Shown here: in pieces, positions 41,567-51,504 of the stretch
Layout: the number at the start of each line of letters is the position of its first letter
Position numbering within the stretch: position 1 is the stretch's first letter
Source: Candidatus Omnitrophota bacterium
Lineage (GTDB): Bacteria; Omnitrophota; Gorgyraeia; Duberdicusellales; 4484-171
NCBI GenBank assembly: GCA_016935525.1
Contig: JAFGQU010000004.1
Span: forward strand, 1,314-65,313
DNA: 64,000 nucleotides
Reading direction: 5' to 3'
Program-made: the position numbers and the translations under genes
The notes under the pieces: generated by a model
The model's database searches: none
Told to the model about the DNA's origin: nothing
Seen by the model: only the letters and a program-made list of their open reading frames with translations

Positions 41567-42163
41567 TCAACGCAAGGTAAACCAGACCTTCTCCAGAGCG
41601 ATCGATGCGGCGATATTTATCGGATGCATTTTACGGCCGAGATCAGAACCGATACATAACACCTGTACCGTAAAATCAGTCATATTCGAAGGATGGAACC
41701 CGTCTTTGAGCATTTGTTGAGTCTTCTGATAACTCTGCGGATATTTTGCCCTGATGATCTTACAGCTGCCGTACACATATTCATCGTGCTTATTTTTTAC
41801 CGTAAAGAAACCGAACAGGCGGCAAATGAGCGGCCGAAGAGCATATATCCGACAGCGCCCGTTACCGGAGGTGACCGGATCGGCTTCGAAAAAGACACAT
41901 AATCCGGGATACAAGGACCGTTCGATCTTTTCCAGCCAGTAGTCCGCAGTATTCTGTGCCCATAGCTCTACCGCAAGCGGCAGCATCTCCAGTGCCGTCG
42001 TCTCGACATCCGGCCTCATACAGCAAGCCCCGCAATTATCCGGACAACGGATGCCGGTCATTCTCTTGAACCGGATGGTCTCTTTATCCACCTGATGAAA
42101 CAACCTCAATAATTGCCGGATAGTCCGATGGTCCTGAATACTGAGTTTTTTTATTATATTCAT
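41567..42163 (-). CDS. YkgJ-family Cys-cluster protein
   Basis: CPDNCGACC, C.F, CRIYALRPLICRLFG. Confidence 0.88.
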   Translation of the reverse strand: MNIIKKLSIQDHRTIRQLLRLFHQVDKETIRFKRMTGIRCPDNCGACCMRPDVETTALEMLPLAVELWAQNTADYWLEKIERSLYPGLCVFFEADPVTSGNGRCRIYALRPLICRLFGFFTVKNKHDEYVYGSCKIIRAKYPQSYQKTQQMLKDGFHPSNMTDFTVQVLCIGSDLGRKMHPINIAASIALEKVWFTLR

Positions 42164-42258
42164 CTTATTTTTTCTTTTACCAGAACCGGCATATTATATC
42201 AGAAATTGGACAATTTGATATAAAATGGTAGTATATCTGTACATTATTAAGGAATAAT

Positions 42259-43446
42259 ATGGATTTCAACCGAAAAAATACGGTTCTTATTACCGCCAGC
42301 CGGGGGCTGGTCCCCTACCTTAGCCGGGAAGTCGAACAATTGGGATATGAGGTGGCCTCAACGCATGCGACCGGCCTGGAGATCACCGCTTCGCTTAATG
42401 ACACGATGCGGCTCAATCTCCGGTTACGTACGGCGTTTAACGTCCTGTATCTTTTAAAGACATTCGAATGTGACGGCCCCGATGAACTTTACCGCAACAT
42501 ATTTTCAATCGCCTGGGAAGAGATCGCCGGGCCGGATGAATATGTAAGTGTCGTATCCCGTATCGAACATAGTTCGATCAACAATACGATGTTTGCCAAT
42601 CAAAAAGCGAAAGACGCGATCGTAGATAAAATACACCAAGAAAAAGGAGCCCGCCCCGATTCGGGGCCTGAACGTACTAATATTGTAATCCATCTTTACT
42701 GGAAAAATGATCGAGCCTGGGTATACCTTAATACTTCCGGACAGAAACTCGCCGACCGCAGTTACCGGAAGATACCGTGCGCGGCTCCCCTGCAGGAGAC
42801 TCTTGCGGCCGGGATACTCTTTGCCTCAGGATACGACGGGAACACCCCGTTGGTCGTCCCCATGTGCGGATCAGGGACACTCGCGATCGAAGCGGCGTTA
42901 ATCGCGCTCGGACGCGCGCCGGGCCTCCTGCGCAGCAATTTCGGTATTATCCATGTGAAAGGATTTGATAAAAACTTCTGGCAGGAAATCCGGCGCGAAA
43001 CATTGAAAAGCGCATACAAAAATCTATCAGCTCCGATCATTGCTACCGATATCGACCGCAAAGCGATAGAAGCCGCAAAGAAAAACGCCCGCACCGCCGG
43101 ATGCGACCATTTAATCGAATTTAAGGTTTGTGATTTCACCGATACGCCTCTTCCCGAGAACCCTGGTATACTTATTTTTAATCCTCCCTACGGCGAACGG
43201 TTAGGCGAACTCAACTGGCTTGAGAAATTGTATAAAGCGATCGGAGATTTTCTCAAAACAAAATGCACAGGTTACACCGGATATATTTTTACCGGTAACC
43301 GCGAGCTTTCTAAAGCGGTAGGATTACGCACCAGCCGTAAAGTCCCGTTCTATAACGGTGATATCGAATGCCGTCTGCTGCAATATAAAATGTATAGCGG
43401 AAGCGTAAAGAAAAAATATAGAAGCGGGCCGGAAGATCTAACGTGA
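42259..43446 (+). CDS. THUMP-domain rRNA guanine methyltransferase (RlmL-like)
   Basis: KDAIVD, TSG..L..R.Y, APLQETLAA, PMCGSGT..IEAA, NPPYGER, NG.IEC. Confidence 0.9.
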   Translation: MDFNRKNTVLITASRGLVPYLSREVEQLGYEVASTHATGLEITASLNDTMRLNLRLRTAFNVLYLLKTFECDGPDELYRNIFSIAWEEIAGPDEYVSVVSRIEHSSINNTMFANQKAKDAIVDKIHQEKGARPDSGPERTNIVIHLYWKNDRAWVYLNTSGQKLADRSYRKIPCAAPLQETLAAGILFASGYDGNTPLVVPMCGSGTLAIEAALIALGRAPGLLRSNFGIIHVKGFDKNFWQEIRRETLKSAYKNLSAPIIATDIDRKAIEAAKKNARTAGCDHLIEFKVCDFTDTPLPENPGILIFNPPYGERLGELNWLEKLYKAIGDFLKTKCTGYTGYIFTGNRELSKAVGLRTSRKVPFYNGDIECRLLQYKMYSGSVKKKYRSGPEDLT

Positions 43447-45027
43447 TTTGGTCCTTTTATTCTCTTTCGCCCGTTCGACAATCGGCCGTTTACTGACCTT
43501 TTTCTGTTTAAAGGCGCGGATAATCACCTCGGCTTCGGCAAACGGTACGGTAATAAAAGAGAATTTATCGAACACCCGGACATCACGTATTTTATGAGGA
43601 TCGATCTCGGCGACAGCTTTCATCATCTCTATTACCTGGCGCGCGTCCATATTGTCTACTTTACCTCGGGCGACAAACAACCTGGTCGTCCCTTTCATAT
43701 CGACCGATACGTCACGGATCTTCCCGTAACTGCGCGCGTTTAATTCATCGCCGAACGTCTGTTTAAGAAAAGCGGCGAGCACCTCTTCCGGCTGATTTTG
43801 AGCAAGGATCTCTTTAGCAAAATCCACATATTCCTCACCCGGAGAAGATTTAAGGATATTCTGGATATCATTTTTGATCCGATTTTTTTTCGCTTTGATC
43901 ACATCTTCTACGGCGGGGATTTTTTCTTTACGGATATCGGTCTTCGCGACCCGTTTGATCACGACCAGTTTACGGTATTCATCGGGCGTCACAAAGGTGA
44001 TCGCGGTCCCCTCTTTTCCCGCCCTCCCCGTTCGGCCGATACGGTGGACATAACTTTCCGGGTCCTGGGGCAGAGCGAAATTGATCACGTGGGTAAGGTC
44101 ACTCACGTCTATGCCTCTGGCGGCGACATCGGTCGCGACCAGCACATTGATCCGTTGTTGACGGAACTTACCCAATATCCGTTCACGCTGATGTTGAGAA
44201 AGATCGCCATGCAGGCCTTCGGCATCATACCCGCGTTCACCCAGTTTTCTGGCTACGGTATCCACATCTACTTTCGTCCGGCAAAAGACTAAACCGTAAA
44301 ATTTCGGTTCTGAATCAATAATCCGGCATAACGCTTCCAGTTTATCGGAATGAGCTACTTCAAAATATATCTGGTCGGTCAGACTTACCGTCAACTGTTC
44401 TTTCGCGACACGGATGACTTTATATTTACCCATATACCGTTTTGCCAGTTGCAGGATCCGTTCAGGCATCGTTGCCGAAAAAAGCAGTGTCCTTCTCTGA
44501 GCATTGGTATACCCCAGGATCTCTTCGACGTCATCGATAAACCCCATGTTCAACATCTCGTCGGCTTCATCGAGTATCGCGTAAGAGACCGATTTAAGAT
44601 TAAGCGTTCCGCGGCCCAGATGATCTTTTATCCGGCCCGGAGTCCCCACGACAATATCAACCCCTCTTTCCAGACGGCGTAACTGCTGATCCATCGATTG
44701 GCCGCCGTAAATCGCGATGATCTTCAAAGAATGTTCCCCTTTTAAGGAATTGATCTCTTCGGACACCTGCAGGGCAAGTTCCCGGGTCGGTACAAGGATC
44801 AACGCTTGGACTCCTTTTTTCCCTTTTTCCAACATTTCGATCAACGGCAACCCGAATGCCGCGGTTTTTCCGGTCCCAGTCTGAGCCTGACCTACGATAT
44901 CGATATCGCCGGTAAGTAAAAGAGGAATCGTTTCTTCCTGTATTTGGGTCGGTTCTTCGAACCCTTTTTTCTTTAAGGCTTTGAGGGTCCGTTCCGATAA
45001 ACCTAACGCTTTAAATTTTTCTAACAT
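43438..45027 (-). CDS. deaD: DEAD-box RNA helicase with DbpA-type RNA-binding domain
   Basis: PTQIQ, AQTGTGKT, PTREL, DEAD, SAT, ARGID, HRIGRTGR; AAGGAG RBS before 45027. Confidence 0.93.
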   Translation of the reverse strand: MLEKFKALGLSERTLKALKKKGFEEPTQIQEETIPLLLTGDIDIVGQAQTGTGKTAAFGLPLIEMLEKGKKGVQALILVPTRELALQVSEEINSLKGEHSLKIIAIYGGQSMDQQLRRLERGVDIVVGTPGRIKDHLGRGTLNLKSVSYAILDEADEMLNMGFIDDVEEILGYTNAQRRTLLFSATMPERILQLAKRYMGKYKVIRVAKEQLTVSLTDQIYFEVAHSDKLEALCRIIDSEPKFYGLVFCRTKVDVDTVARKLGERGYDAEGLHGDLSQHQRERILGKFRQQRINVLVATDVAARGIDVSDLTHVINFALPQDPESYVHRIGRTGRAGKEGTAITFVTPDEYRKLVVIKRVAKTDIRKEKIPAVEDVIKAKKNRIKNDIQNILKSSPGEEYVDFAKEILAQNQPEEVLAAFLKQTFGDELNARSYGKIRDVSVDMKGTTRLFVARGKVDNMDARQVIEMMKAVAEIDPHKIRDVRVFDKFSFITVPFAEAEVIIRAFKQKKVSKRPIVERAKENKRTKSR

Positions 45028-45059
45028 GTATTCTCCTTGATCTTTACCCGATATGCTTA

Positions 45060-46178
45060 TTATAAAACGAGAGAATGACAATCACCAAAACAGGTCCCTA
45101 CTGACCGGGCCGCACGGATCAATTCGTGATCAAGCGGAACCAGCCGGCTCCCTTGAGCGACCACATCGAGCGGTATAGGCAGAAGTTGGTTTTTGACCAC
45201 ACCGACCATACATCCGAATTTCTTATCTATAATGAAATCTATCGTTTTCGCCCCTAACTCTGTTCCCAGGATACGGTCCGCCGGGATAGGAGACCCTCCC
45301 CGCTGCAGATGGCCCAGGACCACGGTCCGAGTCTCGATACCTGTCAAGTTTTCGATTTTATCTCCTAACGACACACCGACACCGCCTAAGCGTACCGGTT
45401 CGGACCCATCGGTAACGAGTTTACGCACGGTCACTTTCCCGCCTTTAGGTTTTGCTCCTTCAGAAATAGCGATAATACTGAACCTTTTTCCTTTTTTATG
45501 CCGCATCTTCACACATTGAGTGACGATATCCATATCGTAAGGTATTTCCGGTAAAAGGATCAGATCCGCGCCGCCGGCAACTCCGGAATAAAGCGCGATC
45601 CATCCGGCTTTACGTCCCATGACTTCAATGATCATCACCCGATGATGAGACTGAGCGGTATCATGAATACGGTCAATTGCTTCGGTCGCGATGTTCACCG
45701 CCGAATTAAACCCAAAAGTGATATCGGTCCCCTTAAGGTCGTTATCGATGGTCTTAGGTATACCGATCACCCGTACCCCCTGATTCATCAATCCGTGAGC
45801 GATAGCCATAGTCCCGTCTCCGCCGACACAGACCAGACACTCTATCTTGAGTTTTTCTATGTTTTTGATCACCGTGGCCGAAACATCCTGATATTTTATT
45901 TTCTTCCCTTTTTTTACGGGATATCTATAAGGATTGGCGATATTGGATGTACCGAGGATCGTCCCCCCGCGGGTCAAAATACCCGATACGTCGGTAAATT
46001 CGAGTTTTCTATGGCGGTTATGAATAAGGCCGTCATATCCGTCGGCAATACCGATCACTTCCATATCGTGATCAAGAATAGCTTTCTTCGATACCGCGCG
46101 GATCACGGCGTTCAAACCGGGACAATCTCCGCCGGCGGTAAGGATCGCGATACGTCTGATTTTCGCTTTTTTTGCCAT
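45060..46178 (-). CDS. pfkA: 6-phosphofructokinase, ATP-type signature
   Basis: GGDCPGLN, GGDGT, PKTIDND, EVMGR, LGHLQRGG. Confidence 0.92.
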   Translation of the reverse strand: MAKKAKIRRIAILTAGGDCPGLNAVIRAVSKKAILDHDMEVIGIADGYDGLIHNRHRKLEFTDVSGILTRGGTILGTSNIANPYRYPVKKGKKIKYQDVSATVIKNIEKLKIECLVCVGGDGTMAIAHGLMNQGVRVIGIPKTIDNDLKGTDITFGFNSAVNIATEAIDRIHDTAQSHHRVMIIEVMGRKAGWIALYSGVAGGADLILLPEIPYDMDIVTQCVKMRHKKGKRFSIIAISEGAKPKGGKVTVRKLVTDGSEPVRLGGVGVSLGDKIENLTGIETRTVVLGHLQRGGSPIPADRILGTELGAKTIDFIIDKKFGCMVGVVKNQLLPIPLDVVAQGSRLVPLDHELIRAARSVGTCFGDCHSLVL

Positions 46179-46252
46179 AATTCGTTTCCTTTATAAGAGA
46201 GTATTATAACAGATTGGCCGTTGTTTGGTAAGGAAATTTAAGAAGGGTTTGC

Positions 46253-46342
46253 CCGTTGACCCGTCCGCCCGTTCTACCCGTTCAAAAAACGGGGGAACGG
46301 GAAATCCCGCCACGGGCGGGATAACGGGTATACGGGAGAACG
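46253..46342. repeat. Octamer-periodic inverted repeat with an embedded REP-like palindrome
   Basis: cccgttga cccgtccg cccgttcta cccgtt / aacggg..aacggg..aacggg..tacggg; ATCCCGCCACGGGCGGGAT at 46304-46322. Confidence 0.7.
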
Positions 46343-46431
46343 TATCTATCAAATTTGTATTTGATTTTTTGTGCTATTGTGCTAAATTAGTCTTTAAATC
46401 TATAAAGGTACCTTACAAAAAAGGAGTTTTT

Positions 46432-47637
46432 ATGAAAAATATCGGTATTATTACCTCGGGCGGGGATTGCGGCGGATTGAACGCGGTCATCAAAGGAGCC
46501 GCCCGAATGGCGCATACACAAGGGCTTTCCTGTTTTGTCATTCCCAACGGATATGCCGGATTATATAATCTTCTTGAATTTGACAAACTGGTCGAACTTA
46601 CTCCCGAACGGATAGATAGTGTCGGAGCGAACATGGCCGGTTCGGAAGCCGGACATTCCCGGGTAAAAGTAAAGAAGATTGAAGACCCGCAAAAATATGA
46701 ACGGATAAAACAGGGCCTTAAAAAATTCAATATCGACGCTTTGATCATCTCCGGCGGTGACGATACCGGTTCGGTAATCGTCGATCTCACTTCTCAAGGG
46801 ATCAAATGCATTCATGCTCCTAAAACCATGGATCTCGACCTTCAGACCTATTCGGTCGGCGGAGACTCCACGATCAACCGGATTGCCACGTTCGCCGAAG
46901 ACTTGAAGACTACCGGAAGGACGCATAACCGGATGATCGTGGTCGAAGTATTCGGAAGATACGCCGGACATACCGCGTTCCGCGGCGGGATCGCCGCCGA
47001 TGCCGACGCGATCCTTATTCCGGAAATACCGATCGATTTCGATATCCTCTACCACCATGCCAAAAAACGTTATTTCCGCCGGATCGAGCAATCCGACGTC
47101 CATGCCGGAACATATCTGATCGTCGTTGCCGAAGGATTAAAGAACGCCGACGGAACCGAACTGTACGATGAGTCGGCCGGGATCGACGCGTTTGGACATA
47201 AAAAGCTCGCCGGAGCCGGAAAATATGTATGCCAGGAACTTTCCAAAAGGTTTAAAGAAGATCCCGAAATAGAAGGGTTGATGAAAAAGACAAAAATGTT
47301 CGTTCCCGGGGTATATAAAATACCCGAGGTCCGTTCGGTCCAGCCGGGACATCTGGTCCGTTCCGGGCACGCTTCCGCCTATGACGTGAATTTCGGGATC
47401 CAGGCCGGCGCGGCAGCGGTACTTTTGCTACTCAACAATATCAACGGAGTGACCGTTTCCAACGTCGAAGGGAAAAAAATCAAATACGTCGCAACGGCTG
47501 AGGCGATCACCCAACGCCATGTGGACCTTGCCGACGTGGTCCTCTATGAAAATATGGGCGTCTGTTTCGGACGGAAAAAAACAAAACTCGATGTGTCTTT
47601 TGAAGAACTTAAAGGACATATTCAGAGATATATGTAA
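46432..47637 (+). CDS. 6-phosphofructokinase, PPi-type signature
   Basis: GGDCGGLN, GGDDT, PKTMDLD, EVFGR; AGGAG RBS before ATG 46432. Confidence 0.88.
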   Translation: MKNIGIITSGGDCGGLNAVIKGAARMAHTQGLSCFVIPNGYAGLYNLLEFDKLVELTPERIDSVGANMAGSEAGHSRVKVKKIEDPQKYERIKQGLKKFNIDALIISGGDDTGSVIVDLTSQGIKCIHAPKTMDLDLQTYSVGGDSTINRIATFAEDLKTTGRTHNRMIVVEVFGRYAGHTAFRGGIAADADAILIPEIPIDFDILYHHAKKRYFRRIEQSDVHAGTYLIVVAEGLKNADGTELYDESAGIDAFGHKKLAGAGKYVCQELSKRFKEDPEIEGLMKKTKMFVPGVYKIPEVRSVQPGHLVRSGHASAYDVNFGIQAGAAAVLLLLNNINGVTVSNVEGKKIKYVATAEAITQRHVDLADVVLYENMGVCFGRKKTKLDVSFEELKGHIQRYM

Positions 47638-47639
47638 AA

Positions 47640-47670
47640 CACGTCACACGTCACAGGTCACACGACACAC
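47640..47670. repeat. Heptamer tandem repeat
   Basis: cacgtca cacgtca caggtca cacgaca. Confidence 0.65.
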
Positions 47671-47688
47671 GATTTTCAACTTTTATTC

Positions 47689-48033
47689 ATGAAAAAGAAA
47701 GCGAGCGATTATTTTCATCTGGGATGGCACCGGTTTAATTGCGCTCAATCGGTTGCCAAATATTTCCAGGAAAAATTCGGCCTTTCCGAAGACCTGATCG
47801 GATCATATAAAGATAAAGGAAAAGGCGCAGCTCCCGAAGGAATGTGCGGGTCGTTTTTTGCCGCATGCGCGCTTCTTAAGGACCCCGAAGATATCGCGTA
47901 TTTAGAAAAAAAGTTCACCGAAGCCGCCAGCTCGACAAAATGCAAAGAAATACGTACACTGAAAAAAGTCACCTGTAAAGAGACCGTCGATCTTGCCGCC
48001 GATACTCTCGATACGATCCAACACAAAAAATAA
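47689..48033 (+). CDS. C-GCAxxG-C-C family putative redox protein
   Basis: NCAQSV, GMCGS, KCKEI, TCKETV. Confidence 0.85.
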   Translation: MKKKASDYFHLGWHRFNCAQSVAKYFQEKFGLSEDLIGSYKDKGKGAAPEGMCGSFFAACALLKDPEDIAYLEKKFTEAASSTKCKEIRTLKKVTCKETVDLAADTLDTIQHKK

Positions 48034-48037
48034 AACC

Positions 48038-48709
48038 TTACCGGGCATATTCCTCTATTCTTACGATCAGCCGGCCGATATCTTGGGCAATCTCACCCGG
48101 CAGGATATCCAGCGTCTCCACGTCCCGTTTAAAAGAACGCAACACCGCGAGGAAACGGTTGACCGCGACCTTGCCTCTCTGAGTACGCAGATGCTCGCTG
48201 TCGACGTCTTTACGTCTTTTCAGAATGAGCGCGGTAAGATCTTTTTTTACTTCATTTACGTCTTTATTTTTCTCAAAAAGATCTTCTTTGACTTTCCTGT
48301 ATTCACTTTCCGGCAAGGCCCGTTTTGCCTTCTGGAGAATATCGACTGTCTCGAAACTAAAAGCGTCCTGCGGTTTTAAAGGACTTTCCGGACGGTTTTC
48401 CTGATCGGAATAAGCCCCCTGATAATCGAGATGTTCATTTTTCAGAAACATATAAGAACGGATAAGTTTCATCGCGGTATGTTTACGGACAAACACTTCT
48501 TTCGCGGTATAGTCATCGAATTTCTCATATCCCCAACGGGCATATAGCTTATTTTCCCAGACAATATGTAGAGCTTTAGCCAGAGCCCGCCAGGAATTTT
48601 TAAAGTCCCGAGTCGCCCGTAACACTTCCTCACGGGCACCTTCGGGGTCGACTATGCCGGAAGGGCCACCATTTCGTTTCACAAGGCTTAAAGAGCCAGA
48701 GGCGTTCAT
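48038..48709 (-). CDS. Hypothetical protein with a DUF3102-like helical DNA-binding-type N-terminal domain
   Basis: W..LA..L..V....LY..WGY..F..Y..KE.....TA.KL..SY pattern. Confidence 0.55.
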   Translation of the reverse strand: MNASGSLSLVKRNGGPSGIVDPEGAREEVLRATRDFKNSWRALAKALHIVWENKLYARWGYEKFDDYTAKEVFVRKHTAMKLIRSYMFLKNEHLDYQGAYSDQENRPESPLKPQDAFSFETVDILQKAKRALPESEYRKVKEDLFEKNKDVNEVKKDLTALILKRRKDVDSEHLRTQRGKVAVNRFLAVLRSFKRDVETLDILPGEIAQDIGRLIVRIEEYAR

Positions 48710-48873
48710 ACTATATCCTTTCTTTAAAAATATACCTATCGTGTGAATTACTCTTACGGTCTATTGCGGAAGGATATATTATATAAGAAAGAAGCTCCGT
48801 TTATCAAGAACTCAAATTAAATATATTATTGTATGTGAATCATTCAAGATATCTGTTTACACTCAGAGATATT

Positions 48874-48987
48874 TCACCACGGAGGACACGGAGTTCACAG
48901 AGGGAAAAATGAGAGATTTCGATCTCGGCGTATTGAAGATATTGGATGTATCCCCATCGAATATCCTATGTATTATCTCTGTGGTGA
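48874..48987. repeat. Nonamer-periodic inverted repeat element
   Basis: caccacgga ggacacgga gttcacaga ... ctctgtggtga. Confidence 0.65.
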
Positions 48988-49036
48988 GAACGTATCCATT
49001 CTGTCAACACATCCTCTGAATAACATATTTTATGCA

Positions 49037-49699
49037 CTAAAAATTAAGCTTTATTTTTGTGCCTAACACATGCAGGTCGTTCCACTTCTCGTTTTTTTCG
49101 CTGGTTTCCCAGAGATAAAAAATATCGCCGGATACCTGTTTTGTGATCTTAAAACTTATCCCGCTGAAAAAACGGTTCTTATTCAGGGTTTCGGCATCGA
49201 AATCATAGAATATCTCATCGGCGACAAACGGACGGATCTCAAACCGGGTGAACTTCCAAGGCAGTTTTACCGTAAAATTATTGCGGTAACGCCAATAATC
49301 CTCGGCATCTTCCCGTTCGCGGTACTCAAACCGGCTGCGATCGCTCAAAGAGAAACCGAACCGGCTCCACTTTACCGTCGCGTTCAGATGAGGCTGACTA
49401 TCATCTTTCCACCGGCTGTTTCTCTCTTCCCGTACATAACGGTAATTGACGCCGACATCCAGCCATGACGCTATCCCGGAATATACCACCCCCAAATCGG
49501 AATGCTGATAATAAATATTCCCGCCGTCATCGCCGAACCGGAGTTCTTCCTCCAGAGTAACCTTCCAGTTTTCATTTACTTTCCAGGATATACTTTCGTT
49601 ATTCCAATATTGGAAATCGCCGTCGTCAAAAGCGGCACAATCAGAGAGAAAAAACACCGAAAAGAAAAGTAATACGCCTATACCATAGAATCGCTTCAT
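49037..49699 (-). CDS. DUF2490-like outer-membrane beta-barrel protein
   Basis: Signal peptide MKRFYG.., R.RFEYR, WRYRN, DEIFY, NRFF.G, C-terminal Phe. Confidence 0.8.
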   Translation of the reverse strand: MKRFYGIGVLLFFSVFFLSDCAAFDDGDFQYWNNESISWKVNENWKVTLEEELRFGDDGGNIYYQHSDLGVVYSGIASWLDVGVNYRYVREERNSRWKDDSQPHLNATVKWSRFGFSLSDRSRFEYREREDAEDYWRYRNNFTVKLPWKFTRFEIRPFVADEIFYDFDAETLNKNRFFSGISFKITKQVSGDIFYLWETSEKNEKWNDLHVLGTKIKLNF

Positions 49700-49704
49700 A
49701 GCAA

Positions 49705-50550
49705 TTACCCCCGTACGGTTTGAATGATACTCCACGCTCCTAACACGATGGTAAGTGCCGCGATAGTCAATTTCAACTTTTTCTCGGTGATTTTTTTTAC
49801 GCTTTTTGCGGAAAAAGGCACCGAACATATCGCTCCGATAATAATAAACGGAGCTAATTGAAAGTCCAAAGGTTTCTTCGAAACCAGCACATACGTAAGG
49901 ATACCCACGGCGCAGGTGATCCCTTCGGCTAAAGACGTAATGCCTACGGCGCTTTTACCTTCCACTCCGGATAATATCTGGCCGCTGGTGACCACCGGTC
50001 CGTACCCGCCGCCGCTTATTCCCTTATTAAAAGAAGCCAGGACCCCTAACCCGATGATTTTACTCCAGGAAAATCTAAAGTCTTTATTGAAACAGATCAG
50101 GATCACTACGCCCATCATAAATACCAGGACGCCGATATAGAGTTTTATCCAGAATTTAGGAAGATTAAGCGCGATGAACACGGCAATGACCGTTCCGACG
50201 ACACTGCATAACGCTAACAGCAACGCCACCTTAAGATGCGGAGGGACTCCCCTCCGGAAACTCATCGCCGGGCCAAGTTCTCTCAGCCGCCGGGCAATGA
50301 TAAAGGGATCCAAAGTTTTTGGTTTAAGATTGACGTTACCTTCACGATGGTGTAATACTCCGGCCAATAGCCCGCTGAACAACTCCGAAATCAAAACTAC
50401 CGGGACGATCTGTAACGGATTATATCCCATGATCAAAAGCACCGGGGTCAACGTCGTACCATACCCCATTCCTAATGTAGAATCCATATATTCGCAGAAA
50501 AAAGCCAGTATAATCAATCCGAAAATAAAACCTAACGACAATCCTAACAT
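49705..50550 (-). CDS. TauE/SafE (TSUP) sulfur-compound transporter
   Basis: DSTLGMGYGT..TP and GISGGGYGP repeat motifs; AAGGAGG RBS before 50550. Confidence 0.88.
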   Translation of the reverse strand: MLGLSLGFIFGLIILAFFCEYMDSTLGMGYGTTLTPVLLIMGYNPLQIVPVVLISELFSGLLAGVLHHREGNVNLKPKTLDPFIIARRLRELGPAMSFRRGVPPHLKVALLLALCSVVGTVIAVFIALNLPKFWIKLYIGVLVFMMGVVILICFNKDFRFSWSKIIGLGVLASFNKGISGGGYGPVVTSGQILSGVEGKSAVGITSLAEGITCAVGILTYVLVSKKPLDFQLAPFIIIGAICSVPFSAKSVKKITEKKLKLTIAALTIVLGAWSIIQTVRG

Positions 50551-50567
50551 GAAATCCTCCTTTGTGA

Positions 50568-50652
50568 GCACAGATGATCGCAGATATGCAGCACACAGAT
50601 GATCACAGATATGATATCAGCGATCATCACTCGAACATCGGCGATAGCCTGT
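50568..50652. repeat. Nonamer-periodic CACAGAT repeat element
   Basis: cacagatgatcgcagat..cacagatgatcacagat, then degenerate inverse atcagcgatcatc..atcggcgat. Confidence 0.6.
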
Positions 50653-50653
50653 C

Positions 50654-50914
50654 TCATCTCATACCTTTAGCTACCAATAAAGCAATCATCGCCACCGGGA
50701 AAAACAGGTCGAAATTTACCACGAAATCAGTATAATAATCCGGTTTGTCGGCGAAATTTTTCATTGTATCTATATGGATAATCTCGTGACATCCCCGAAT
50801 AAAAGCGGCCGAAGCGAAAATGACTGCAGTTACACCGATAAAAATATCTCCCCGCCATAAAAATAACATTCCCACTACACCAAAAATGCCGTTCACATAT
50901 ACGATGGGATTCAT
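50654..50914 (-). CDS. Small hypothetical membrane protein
   Basis: GGAGGTG RBS, MNPIVYVN..., 3 hydrophobic segments. Confidence 0.6.
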   Translation of the reverse strand: MNPIVYVNGIFGVVGMLFLWRGDIFIGVTAVIFASAAFIRGCHEIIHIDTMKNFADKPDYYTDFVVNFDLFFPVAMIALLVAKGMR

Positions 50915-51021
50915 TACCACCTCCGTGTATCGCGTCAGCGTAAAGAGCGCCAACATTTTTAAATCACTGTAACCTTTCCTCAATCGCCGTAATCAAGTGC
51001 TGTGGTATACGGCAACAGCAC

Positions 51022-51085
51022 AAAAAAAAAGAGGCTAAAAAGCTCTGGAAATCAGAACTCTTTAGCCTCCGGTTGTCCGGTCAGC
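51022..51085 (-). promoter_or_regulatory. Candidate attenuator: small hairpin motif overlapping an intrinsic terminator
   Basis: Minus strand GCTGA-CCGG-ACAA-CCGG-AGGC; its 3' GAGGC is also the 5' arm of GAGGCTAAA...TTTAGCCTC followed by a T-run. Confidence 0.65.
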
Positions 51086-51314
51086 CATTTTTAGTCGTTA
51101 GTCTATGGTCGATAGTCTCTAGTTCACGTGTTAGCCCGTGCTCGCGTTACTCCGCTGAAGTGAACGATGAAACGAGGGACGTTCGCTCATTTTATTCACT
51201 GAGACGACCGCTCACATCGTTCGCTAGGACGCATCATTCGTCCTTCGTCCGAATGACCAAAGGGAATGGTCGTCCTTCGTGTTTTCACCGTATAAGAACG
51301 GGTCTAACGGAAAA

Positions 51315-51503
51315 TTACCGTACTCTCAACTTGTTTATTTTATCGATCTGTACGATCTTCCCGTCCTGGATATGGATCTGGACCGATCCGTAACGTATCT
51401 CTTCCAATGCCCGGGCGATATCGCACAAGATACTGTTCTGCATATGGACCTCTTTTCCGGAACCATTTTTTTTATGCAATTCTTTCGACATCCGCATAGA
51501 CAC
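51315..51503 (-). CDS. YezD/DUF2292 (OscA-like) small protein
   Basis: I..AL..IRYGSVQIHIQDGKIVQID...K.R signature. Confidence 0.9.
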   Translation of the reverse strand: MSMRMSKELHKKNGSGKEVHMQNSILCDIARALEEIRYGSVQIHIQDGKIVQIDKINKLRVR

Positions 51504-51504
51504 G

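Noticed and set aside
41481-41570. Fluoride riboswitch upstream of crcB
   Set aside because: No GGxGAUGG...CUGAUG pattern is visible, and a promoter lies about 20 bp from the start, leaving no room.
47689-48033. Selenocysteine recoding in redox proteins (this gene, msrA, arsC)
   Set aside because: All have ordinary Cys codons at the catalytic positions and uninterrupted frames.
51073-51393. 106-aa plus-strand ORF (and 52864-53046, 32974-33189)
   Set aside because: They are translations of repeat or palindromic elements.
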